A stretch of 63,973 nucleotides of DNA, the filler included, from Circinaria calcarea (Eukaryota), in NCBI GenBank assembly GCA_051942165.1. It is 14 parts of 14 records of this genome, joined end to end, with 100 filler letters (N's around TTAATTAATTAA, not from the genome) between each part and the next. Parts side by side here need not be neighbours in the genome. Positions count along the whole stretch, not along the records: positions 1 to 4,489 come from JAVECS010002303.1; positions 4,590 to 9,077 come from JAVECS010002304.1; positions 9,178 to 13,662 come from JAVECS010002305.1; 11 more parts are not named here. One strand, written 5' to 3'. The translations under genes and the position numbers were made by a program. The first letter of the stretch is position 1, and each line of letters opens with the position of its first letter. This document shows, in pieces, positions 1 through 10,492 of this stretch. The notes below the pieces were generated by a model. The model searched no databases. It saw only the letters and a list, made by a program, of their open reading frames with translations, and was not told the origin of the DNA.

Positions 1-134
1 GTGAATGCCTGAGAAGGAAGAAGGATGAGGTTTTGACTACCACTGAAGAGGAACCATGTGGTTCAGATGTCTTTTCGGCTATCGATAAATGAACCGAAAG
101 GCTACTTCTTTGCCCAATAGAGGTGCTAGCTAGT

Positions 135-515
135 TCACTCCACTAGCCAAGTGTCATCTTCTCTCGTACCGAGTAAGCTTGCTTGAGAATCGCATTGGGT
201 AAGTTCTTCAGGGGTCGGGACGCCTGAATTGAAATCTCCATTTTCTCCGTGCCTATTCCATAGCCAATCGTATAGATCCTGCGTCAGGCTGAAGTCGCCA
301 CCCGGGATCTGGTCCTCATCATCATCCTCATCGGCAGGCGCTCTCAAAACCCCGAATGCGCGACCCCGAAGGGTGGGCGCTAGCACGAAAATATAGAGTG
401 AGTAGGCGGCCGGTTGAAATATCAACTGGTTTGGGAGACGAAAGTAAATTTTTCCCTTGCCGTTGGTTGGGATGAAAGCTCCATATGTAGCATTGGACAA
501 GTAGATACTATACAT
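135..515 (-). CDS. Hypothetical protein or gene fragment
   Basis: 126-aa ATG-initiated ORF with an acidic patch (DEDDDED); no recognisable motif. Confidence 0.25.
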   Translation of the reverse strand: MYSIYLSNATYGAFIPTNGKGKIYFRLPNQLIFQPAAYSLYIFVLAPTLRGRAFGVLRAPADEDDDEDQIPGGDFSLTQDLYDWLWNRHGENGDFNSGVPTPEELTQCDSQASLLGTREDDTWLVE

Positions 516-763
516 AGCCTAAGAATGTCCATCAACCCTTGGACGCCGGGAAGGAGTTAAGTACCTAGTTGGAAATCTGAATACCACGTTAACGAAGGAG
601 GGTAGACTATCTAGGGGGAGGAGGTGAAGGAGATAAGAGATTTGATAGTCTGAAAGCTCTACAACTGTTCTATTTACTATTTATCAAATCGGGCCTCGTC
701 ATTTCCTTTCATTATCATATTATCCACCAACAACCGTATGTACCAACAATGCCCGAGCGGCCG

Positions 764-2461
764 TTAAGCTCTAACAACACCATACCATACTATCCCCATT
801 ACTCCACCCAAAACAATCGCGACAGGAGCCGGAACCTTGAACCACTGTCCCCCAACGAACGACGTCGCAGTTACAACTATCCACCAAGGATCCAAGCCTA
901 GAGACGAGCCGGAGGTGAAAGTCTGGCTCAGAAAGCCTTGCTCCCACAAACGGTAAACTGCCGTATAGATAAGACCCACGGCAGCTGCATTGATGCCACG
1001 TAAACCCGAGGTGAACCATCTGCGGTTTCGTAACACTTTCCACAGACCCATGGTACCCGTAGAAAGGATAATGCCCGGGGCGAAGATGGCCAAGTAGCCG
1101 ATCACCGCGCCGGCTGCCGGGTTCAGATGACCGGCCACGGCGAGCGCTCCAAGGTATACAGCAAAGTTGAAGTTGGGACCGGGAAACGCTTGGCAAATCG
1201 CTAATCCGAGGAGGAAGTCCCGAGGCGATACCCAGCCTTCTGCGACAACGTACTCACGCAACAAAGGGATGACTACGGGCCCGCCTCCGAATATGATCGT
1301 TCCTGCGAGGTAGAGGTTGGCAAAAACACTGAATCCGATTGGTGGGGAGGGCAATGTCCCACGTAAGGCCATGATGACAATGAAAGTAACAAAAAAACAT
1401 GCAATGATTATGGAGCCAAATTTCCAAGAGAAAACTCGGAGCTTCAGATTCGGGGGAATCACACGTTCGTCATCTTCAACCACCATACCATTGGCTGTCC
1501 CTGGACCTGCTTCTGTCATCGACGCCCTCCCTGACACTCGATGTATTGATGAAGCGTCCTTGGCTGCATTGTCTCGAGGTTGGGAGACATCTTGCAACTC
1601 CATTCGCTCGCCCACCCGCTCCTCCTCGTTACGAATGTCTGGCTGGCGATGCCGTCCAAATATCCTAGCTTTCGCAGCCCAGAACAAACTATGCCCCCAT
1701 CTATAGTCCCAGACAATCGTCGCTGCTCCCCCCAAGACCATCAAAACCGGGAAATACCAAAGAGCATTGTAAAGCATTCCAGCGCTGCCACCCAAGAATA
1801 CCAATATTCGAGTTAACTTATCGGTGATTGCCTTCTGGGATAGCTGTACTGCTGCAAGCGCGATGATACCGACCGTAGCGGCATTCAAGCCGGATAGGAG
1901 GGCATAAACAATAGCAGGGAGGGCATCGTTGATCTTAGAAACCCCTAACGCTAAGGCATAGGCGGCAACGGCACCGGGAAGACTAAGTCTCTCAGCTTAC
2001 AGTCCAACAGTCACAACAGATAGACACTCAAACCTCCAGATGAAAAACGATAATATACCAGTAATAAATCCACCACGAATGAGATTAATAGAGTAGAGCA
2101 TCTTCGTGCTACCCGGACCCGGAAGAGCTTGACACAATGCAAATATCTCCTTGTACTACGTTCCAGTATTGTTAGCTGCTTTATGAGGTCGTCGGGTTGG
2201 AGTAGCATCACCATCACATCGTCAATCCATGCGTACTTGTCCACAAATAGTTGACGGAACGATACTACGGTCAGCTTGAAGCCCGTCGCTAATAAAGGCG
2301 ATACTTGCAATTTGAAAGTGCACAGCAGGGCCTCCAAAGGAGGTAAATCCCAGGTACCAATTACGAAGAACCATCTCACGAAGAGGGCCGGTGGTTTTGG
2401 CCGGGTCCATATTCAGGTAATGGGCTACCTTCTGAAGCACGGGTTGGAAGAAAGAAGGCAT
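764..2461 (-). CDS. chrA: Chromate ion transporter (CHR family, long two-domain type), 3 introns
   Basis: N-domain motifs LGFTSFGGPAVHFQI, FVDKYAWID and ALCQALPGPGSTK. C-domain motifs GTIIFGGGPVVIPLLREYVV and ICQAFPGPNFN. Many TM segments. ATG at 2461. Confidence 0.92.
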
Positions 2462-3158
2462 GGTAAATAAGTGTGGTAACGGTAACAAGTACTGATGTGT
2501 ACAAATATGTTGAGAAATTAATTGATATTGATAACGTCAAAATACTTCATAGAAGGGGGCGTTTCGCTTACCATACACGTCCAATTATCTAGCCGCGATT
2601 GCACAAGGCGAATACCCCGCTTTGTCAAGATAATCGAAAACAAGAGAATGCTGTAATTGAAGCGCATGGCCGGGAAACCGCGCTAATTAGGCGCGCTTTT
2701 ATTCTATGTGTAAGCGATTCCCCCGAGCGTTCTCCCACACATATCATATACGCATTACATAGACCTTACACATACTCTTTGAAGGCCTTTACACATAGTA
2801 TTCCATAGTATTCCAGTAGCACTTATTCATAGATACATTCCGATGATACCGTGCACATCATTGAAGCCGTAGTGTCCTCCCTGCAATGCTTTTGCGTTCT
2901 TTAGCTGGTAAGATTTATTTCGGAGGATTATAAAAATGTTCTAGATCTAGTGAATCAGGAGGGCAAAGCCCGATAGCTTAGAGCTGCGGCGGATAGCGAG
3001 AATGCGCACATCGACGATGAGCTTTTTGAGAACTTCGGAATTAAGGCATAATATAGCGACCCTCTGGTAGCCATGAAGGCTCCAGGGTGAATAGCGATAT
3101 TTGTCATAGCCAAATCGGCTGCATATGGACGTTACGCTTAAATAAATCGAATGATCAA

Positions 3159-4489
3159 TCAAAAGGCGAAACCCCCTGAATTCGGGAACCTTGGCTCTCC
3201 GACCGCTTCGAAAGTGCTATTGGGATACCGGATCAGTGCATTTACATTGGAAAGCCGTGGGGCCCATGTGATGTTATGATTTAGCTGCGCGAGATAGGCA
3301 GTCGTTTCGTTGTTGTACTCGTACTCGAAGAATATCTATCTTGCATTTAGCTTCCTAGGAGGGCCTGAGCAAGGGGAGATGTACCTGGTTCGGAGACAGT
3401 TGATCGTGCAGTCTTGGAGCCCTGAGAGCATTGCTGATCGTGTAGTTTTGATCCAGAACGTGCCAAAGGGATTGAACGGTTGCGGTAATGATTCTGGAAC
3501 CGCCTGCTGCACCAACGGCAAAATAGAGGCTGTTGTTGGCCAAGTACTCAACGATAACAGGAGTAATGGATGACAGTGGGCGTTTCCCTGGCTTTATAAA
3601 ATTTGACGGCGATGGAACATAGCCAAAAAAGTTCGAGGCGTTTGGAACAGAGAAATCGTTCATCTCGTTATTCATAATGAGTCCTGTCTCTGGAACCATA
3701 ACCTGAGAGCCGAATCCGAGGTTGATAGTGCTCGTAAGAGATACCGCCATGTTTGATGCGTCGGCAGTCACGGCATGTGAAGTGCCAGGCCTATATGATG
3801 GTCAGCGACATGTCATATTTATATAACTCTAAACCTCCGAACAGACGTTTCAAGACTCTCCAGGCCATTGGGATCATAGGCCGATACGGGCAGAGTGTGG
3901 AAATCAGATATCTTGGTTCTGATTTCAGCCGCAGTAGCTTCTCCGATCATGGCTGTTTGGTACGGCAATATCGTATTATTGAAAGAAGGGTCACCGAGAT
4001 TGGCACGCTAGATTGCTCAGAGTTATCAATACAGACTCGGACTTAAGTATAGAGGGCTTACGGCTCCGTAACCAAACCTCATAGCCTCATCGAGACGATG
4101 CGTACTCAAGTTCAATGTCGAGGCCCATCCAAAATCTGGATAACCTTCCACTGTCTTTAAGATACTCAGAGCTACAGCCCCACTAGAAGGAGCTCCGCAG
4201 CTTGTAACTTTGTATTTTCGATAACTGATTGATACGGGGGGCCGACTGATTACTTTGTAAGAGGCCAAGTCATCAAGTGTCATAATCCCATTGCCAGCTC
4301 GTAGCGTAGAAATCGTGGCTTTGGCAATGGCTCCTGTGTAAAAAGCATCAGGGCCTTTGGTAGCAATAGTCTCAAGCAAATCAGCAAATCTCCTCCTTGT
4401 TAGTATATCACCAAGACCAAGCAGCGTCCCATTTGGGGCAAAATCAAGAGCCCATGCGGAGTCTTGAACAAGGAAGCTCTTCGGTCCCA
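3159..4489 (-). CDS. ggt: Gamma-glutamyltranspeptidase (5'-truncated by contig end), 3 introns visible
   Basis: GPDAFYTG, APSSG, HRLDEAMRFGY, catalytic PGTSH, TSTINLGFGS, NNEMNDFS, PGKRPLSS, GAAGGSRI and APRLHDQ. C-terminus EPRFPNSGGFAF* with TGA at 3159-3161. Confidence 0.93.
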
Positions 4490-4589
4490 NNNNNNNNNNN
4501 NNNNNNNNNNNNNNNNNNNNNNNNNNNNNNNNNTTAATTAATTAANNNNNNNNNNNNNNNNNNNNNNNNNNNNNNNNNNNNNNNNNNNN
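4490..4589. other. Artificial contig-joining linker (44 N + TTAATTAATTAA + 44 N); first of 13 identical linkers
   Basis: The same 100-bp structure is at 4490, 9078, 13663, 18244, 22825, 27404, 31983, 36561, 41138, 45711, 50280, 54846 and 59411. The 12-mer puts stops in all six frames. Contig lengths never increase, going from 4489 to 4463. Confidence 0.98.
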
Positions 4590-6700
4590 AGCCTAGGAAG
4601 TGGTATTACTGGTGGCATAGCATTGGCTATGCCTTGATATGCCTCACGAAACTGTTCGTGGCGTGCCATTACCCCGTCACGGTAATCGCGCATTCTTTGT
4701 GCCACGTCCGCATTATGGGCTTCCATTCGGTCATATAAATGTTGTGGATCAGGTCCGTTGCCGAACTGTGCGCGGAACATACCGTTGTGAAAGCCATGAG
4801 CGTGTCGTCTAGTATCGGATTTCTGGACTTCTTTGGAGAATTTGATCTTGAGGTCATCTTCACTAAGGGTAGGATTCTCCAGGCGGATTTTAGCCATGGC
4901 TTCTTTTTCGGCAGCTTCAATACGCGTAGCATTGCGGCGTTCCGTATCATCCTGGGGCGGACAACCCTTACTGTTGGGTGCGCCGTTTGTGAAATGTCCA
5001 TAACCGGTGTTGGTGATGTCTGCGCCACAGAAGTCGCAGACACAGCATCGACAACGGGAGCAGACAAGCTTGTTGCACCCACCTTCCTTGAGAATCGGCA
5101 CTTTACATTTAGGGCAAGGCCGGATTAAGGCGGATGTCATCGCTTCTTCCAGGACGTGGCGTTCCGTGAGACCATTCTCTCTGCGGTATTCTTTACAACT
5201 CAGGGGAATGTGCGAATCGTTTTTGCAGAGCCGGCAACTGACCCGCTCACAGTTAGGCATAGAGCATCGAAACTCTTTGTCAATCTCGATTGGGGGACAT
5301 ATTGCAGCGTAGTCACAGAAAGGACACCTTTCAAGGTCCGCGAGGTCTGCGATACGTATTTCGTCTTGTTGTTGTAGTCGTTCAAGTAGAGCGATTGTCT
5401 GTGGATCGAGGAAGCGATGCTTTTGTTCCCTGCCAAACTCTGCTTTGCATCCGCTGCCATCCATACAGGCGAGTATGTAGCGGGAAAGCTCAATTTGACT
5501 TTTTGCATTACTTCGCGCACAATCAAAGCAAAAGAAATGCGGTTCATCTCCACTGCAGTATGTGGATTTAGGTATGGGTGTGTCGGTGAAACAACATTGG
5601 CATTCTACCATGTCTCCGCTTTCTTGGCATTGTCGGTCAAGGGCGATATCAGCGTCTACTGCCTCCTGCTTCTTACGCCGTGTTGCTAATATATGGTTAG
5701 TGATTAATCATATTCTACTTTAACCCCTCTTGGATAAGAAAGTGAGGATCATCATTTTCGGAAGCACCACTAACCTTCAAGCTGTTCCCGTTTCTTCTTT
5801 GCAGCATGAAGCTCTCTTTCTATTTCGGCTAATCCGTAACCTGTGGGACTCATGGTCGATGGAGCGCTGCTCTTCGCCTTCCTTAACGCTTTGAGTTTAG
5901 CATACTGTGGATTTTGAGTGTCGTATGTTCGCTCCGCGAGTTCGAGGGCCAAGTAGGCCTGAAATAAGAATTTACACTCCTTTACTTTCAGGTCGATGAA
6001 TTTTGTTGGTATGTTGGGAAACTCTTTCTGCAGTATCAGGCGTCTAGGGAGTAGAGTCAGCTTCCTAAATCAAGGAACTATGAGTTTGAGAGTTGTGAGG
6101 ATGAGCAAATGATGAACGCAAGTAATAAAGGGACTGCATCAGCTGCGGTGACTCAGAGCAAACGTACATGTCTTCACTGTAGTAGATACTGTCAGGCTTA
6201 GGCCTATCTTGGGCTGTCCATTCCGCATCGTCCTCGTCATCGGCTGCTCCAGAAGATCGCTTGCGCTTCAGTTCCTTTTTCTTATCTTTCTCCTTGGGGT
6301 ATTTGCCGGCGTCCAAAATCTGCATGATCACACCTTGGGAGATGTCGTCCTCGGGAGCCGCAGATTGCTGCTCTCCAAATGCTCGAGTACGAGCATTGTA
6401 GAGTAGCCGGATATGTTCGTGGCAGATATCAGGGAACACCTCTAGGACTTTCTCAAAGTAGAGGAGGTACAGGATTTCCGGGTCGGTTACTGGAGGATAC
6501 GGGCTACCCAAGGACGGACTGACCAGTGCCGAGGATAAGGCGGCATTGAAGGGGGGCGTTTCGACATCAATGCTGTTCTGGGGTAGGTAGGCTAAGGCGT
6601 CGTCATCTTCCAAAGTCACAAACTGTCTCCAAGCATCATTTTCGTCACTGCTGTCATCTTCGATTTCGATGACTTCTCGGGGGACCGGCAGATTTTGCAT
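4590..6700 (-). CDS. RBR (RING1-IBR-RING2) E3 ubiquitin ligase, RNF216/TRIAD3-like; 3'-truncated
   Basis: RING1 ECQCCF...HFFCFDCA...CMDGSGC; IBR CPFCDYA...C..CERVSCRLCKNDSHIPLSC; RING2 CPKC...EGGCNKLVC. Upstream exons at about 6170-6700 and 5775-6045 join through GT-AG introns. Confidence 0.88.
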
Positions 6701-7290
6701 GATAGTGATTGGCTTTCTTTAATTCGAAGGATGGATTGTTGCTGTGCTCTGAGCCTGCCAGGTGCGTGATCGTACAAGCTGTGGAGCTTACTTTGACTCG
6801 GTCAAGATTGCGATCTCTTTGAGGGTCATGCAAAGGAGTGAAGATGGTCTGGTAGTACAGAAGGCAGAAATTCACGAAGCCAGCACAGGAATCATTCTTG
6901 GTGAAGTGGGTTCGGCAGGAAACGAGAGGCTGGACGAAGTTTCACACTCCGACGAAGAGCCCGAATGTTGAGATTCACACGCACCGGCCATAATCAACGG
7001 CCGAATTGCCTGAAATGGACGAAAGCCTCGAACACCGCAGATGCTTCGAGATTGATGTGGTTCTGCTCTTTTGCTTTCCCTTTCCCTTTATGTCTCCTTC
7101 TCGGCACAACCGCTTTACGAGAAGGAGCTTTTTGTAGCTTGACAGGTCTTCCAATCGGAAATGGTTGGTGTTGGTAATGACACCGTCAGCCTCGCCGTGT
7201 TCTGCCGACTTCGGGCTTGGGGTTGGCGGAGAAAGAGAAGGAGAAAAGGTGGTGGTTCGCGTAACATTTACCCCACAATCCGCTAATCTT

Positions 7291-7330
7291 ATCTCATCCC
7301 ATCTCATCCCATCCCATCCTATCCCATCTC
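7291..7330 (+). repeat. (ATCYC)n pentanucleotide microsatellite, about 8 units
   Basis: atctc atccc atctc atccc atccc atcct atccc atctc, in the divergent RBR/GNAT intergenic region. Confidence 0.8.
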
Positions 7331-7754
7331 TGTCTTAGCTTGCCCGCCCTGGGAGCCTTTGCCTTTTCAACTCTCCTCCTCTCAACAAGAACCATCCCTT
7401 CACCATATTTAGTGGGAAGGGCCCCTCATGGTATTCTCCTCTACGACTTCGGGTCAATTGACATCGTCTAGGGCCTGTTGCAAGCATCCCCATCCATCAT
7501 CGTATCTTCGTCACCGTGACCGCTGCAACTCAGCGGCTCCAGACGCTTTTAACCGGCTAGACTAGCCAGTTCACCGTTCCACCTGATCGCATTCCAGTTG
7601 TTGTGTATAATGACTCGCATCATTCCAACTCTTTCACCGCAGTCCCTCGCTAGAACCATGCTTCGAGAGCCTTTACTCTCCAGTACTTTACCCACCATCC
7701 CCCCATTCCAAGCCCCTACCGCCCATCTTTGGTCTGGCCGTGTTCCAAGCAGGA

Positions 7755-9038
7755 ATGGCATCTCAGAATTCCCTCCCGGCCTCCGACTCTTCGACTCTTC
7801 ACCTTACCCACCCGAACGAATCCGAAAAGATTGAAACCTGGACCATAAATGGTAAATCCTGGCGCGGCCCCCTCTCCCTTCCCGCCTACCTCCGCCGGGA
7901 GGAGCACCTGGCCAACCAACCATTGACCCTAAACGGGGGTATCATCTACTGGATATTAGTTGACTCTTCTGCTTCTTTCAACAGCTCAAGCTCCCCCAGT
8001 CCTTCTACCTCTGCAGATTCCACTTCGACAAATTTTACCTCCGAACAAAGGATCATCCTCGCCTCGTGCGAAACAATCCGCAGACGCGCCCTGATAGCTA
8101 CAAGAGGAAAGGAGGTGGAAGAGGTAGTCAGTCATGGCGTGGGCAGTGTATTCTGCAGAGAGGATTTCCGAGGCAGAGGCTACGCCGGTCGCATGATGAA
8201 GGAGCTAGGGAAACACTTGGAGCGCTGGGATCAAGACGAAGGCAAGACAACAAGATTCACTGTTCTCTACAGCGACATTGGCAAGAAATTCTATGCCAAA
8301 AATGGCTGGAAACCCTTCCCCTCAAGCCACATTTTGCTTCCCCCTATACCGGAAACCTCCCGACCCACCCCCTGCCTCAAAGAGCTTCCCATTTCTGCTC
8401 CCCTCCGTGCATCCCATCTTACCCTACTCTGTCTCCTCGACGAAGCCCTCCTTCGAAAGCAAGTTGCAAACTTTCCGCCGGCATTCGGTCCGAGCACAAG
8501 GGCAGCCATAATCCCCGACGTCGCAATCATGCAATGGCACCATGCGCGCGAAGAATTCGCCGCGAGGGAAACCCTCGGACGGGATCCGGAAGTTAAAGGC
8601 GCCATTATCTCCCTAGGCCCCGGGGACAACAACAAAGTTTGGGCCATCTGGACGCGCACCTTTGGCGGCGAAGCGAGCAAAAACAAACTGCATATCCTTC
8701 GCATCGTCACTGAAGGCGAATACGAATTCGCAGCCTCGTCAGAGCACTCCCCTCATGGCCATCGCACATGGGATGATAGGACAATCCAGGCCGCCGCCTC
8801 AATCCTTCTCGCCGCCCAAAAAGAAGCCGCAAGGTGGAACATGCAGGCCGTCGAGGTCTGGAACCCGTCGCCTTTGATCGTGCGGGCGGCGAGGGAGCTG
8901 GTCCCGCGCGCGGAGGTTGTCCACAGGGAGGAGGATAGTATCGCGAGTTTGATGTGGTATGGAGAAGGGGAGGCCGACGAGGGCAAGCAAATGGAAGAGG
9001 TGGAGTGGGTGGGGAACGAAAAGTACGGGTGGTGTTGA
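7755..9038 (+). CDS. GNAT-family lysine N-acetyltransferase, LYC1-like; intronless
   Basis: Acetyl-CoA motif A VGSVFCREDFRGRGYAGRMM, VLYSDIGKKFYAKNGW, WHHAREEF and C-terminal NEKYGWC. Confidence 0.85.
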   Translation: MASQNSLPASDSSTLHLTHPNESEKIETWTINGKSWRGPLSLPAYLRREEHLANQPLTLNGGIIYWILVDSSASFNSSSSPSPSTSADSTSTNFTSEQRIILASCETIRRRALIATRGKEVEEVVSHGVGSVFCREDFRGRGYAGRMMKELGKHLERWDQDEGKTTRFTVLYSDIGKKFYAKNGWKPFPSSHILLPPIPETSRPTPCLKELPISAPLRASHLTLLCLLDEALLRKQVANFPPAFGPSTRAAIIPDVAIMQWHHAREEFAARETLGRDPEVKGAIISLGPGDNNKVWAIWTRTFGGEASKNKLHILRIVTEGEYEFAASSEHSPHGHRTWDDRTIQAAASILLAAQKEAARWNMQAVEVWNPSPLIVRAARELVPRAEVVHREEDSIASLMWYGEGEADEGKQMEEVEWVGNEKYGWC

Positions 9039-9177
9039 AATAGGGATTTGTTGACGGAAGCGGGAGCCGGGAGAGGGNNNNNNNNNNNNNNNNNNNNNNN
9101 NNNNNNNNNNNNNNNNNNNNNTTAATTAATTAANNNNNNNNNNNNNNNNNNNNNNNNNNNNNNNNNNNNNNNNNNNN

Positions 9178-9381
9178 AACAAAAAGGGCAAGCCCTTTTC
9201 ATTCAAGCTCGGTGCCGGGGAAGTCATCAAAGGCTGGGATATTGGCGTTGCCGGCATGTCGATTGGAGGAGAGCGCCGCATCACTGTCCCAGCCAGCCTG
9301 GGATACGGAAGCAAAGCAATGCCCGGAATCCCAAGTAATTCGCAGCTCATCTTCGATATGAAGCTTATTGAACTCAAGTGA
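9178..9381 (+). CDS. FPR4: C-terminus of nucleolar FKBP-type peptidyl-prolyl isomerase (5'-truncated; missed by ORF track)
   Basis: Manual translation: [67 protein letters not shown]. Confidence 0.88.
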   Translation, partial: NKKGKPFSFKLGAGEVIKGWDIGVAGMSIGGERRITVPASLGYGSKAMPGIPSNSQLIFDMKLIELK

Positions 9382-10492
9382 ACGGCCGCCTCTTTACTCT
9401 TCTTGTCGATTGGTCCGGATTAGTCTGACGGGGATGGTGGATCTGACCTGGCGGCTCGACGTTGTAGGGATAGTGCTTCCTTCGGTCAAGAAAGCTGGTG
9501 GTTTCTCGATGCTTTCCTGTGCATCCTCGAAAATAGCGATGCATTGTTTCTAAGATATCCGACTTGCGTTTGTTTGAGCATAGCAGGAATGAGGATAGCT
9601 CTGGACATGTGGAAAAGTTTGTGGTGTGGAATTCTACTTGATGGCTTCCAGGGTAAGGTAAATAGATTCAGTAGTTAATGAATAGAATGCTCCTCTCATA
9701 TCAACACAGGGGCGATGTGTTGGAATGACCTAGTCCACTTCGGCGAAGTGCAAAGATAACCGCGAGACTCGGCTATCGAATATCTGTGTATCATAAAGTC
9801 TCTTCCGTCTATTCGGTCTTTGTGTCTCGAGTAGCGAATCTATGTGCTGTGTGACGACAATCTTGGCTTCATTATATACTGGCCGATAGAGGGTGAATAT
9901 CCGCTGATGGAGATAAGGTCGAGGGCTCTAACCTCCTTTACGTTCAATCCATCGAATTCTGTCATATTCCTGAGTCAGTCGATTCACTACTCGACGTAAT
10001 CAAGGGATATAGTAGCAGTCATGAAATCCAACAGTCAGAATGCCGTAGCTTGTGCTACAGAGCCAGTCGACCATGCGGCAGTCAATTGGATCTATGTTTT
10101 CCCGCAAGAGTCCAAATTTATTGCGTATACCAGATTGCTGTTGGGCTGGTACCGTGTTGATTTGGCACTCGTTTGAATTGGGCACGAGGTAGCCATAGAT
10201 GGGTTGTCTAAGGTCGTTCCTGCCTAAGTCCTAGGTCCCCCTTCCTCTCTGTGGCAGCCAATTTGGTCTGGTGCAAGTACTCTACTTGTTTGGTTTACTC
10301 GACAAATTCCTTCATCATCAGACCTCAAGTTATTCAGCGGCTGTATCCTATAGTTGCATTACTATTGAATATACGTGACTGTAATCCACTCTGGCTGCAT
10401 ACTATTTACTATTCTCCTTTTCCAATTTCTCCCAAACTCGACGAACCAAGTTGACAACATAGGACGGTCGTGTTCTAAAAGTGGTCAGAGAT

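Noticed and set aside
4534..4545. Regularly spaced TTAATTAATTAA palindrome as a biological repeat
   Set aside because: Always embedded in 44-N flanks; a synthetic all-frame-stop spacer.
6975..7307. Upstream ORF or extra exon of the RBR gene
   Set aside because: No convincing splice path or recognisable motif; it starts within the microsatellite.
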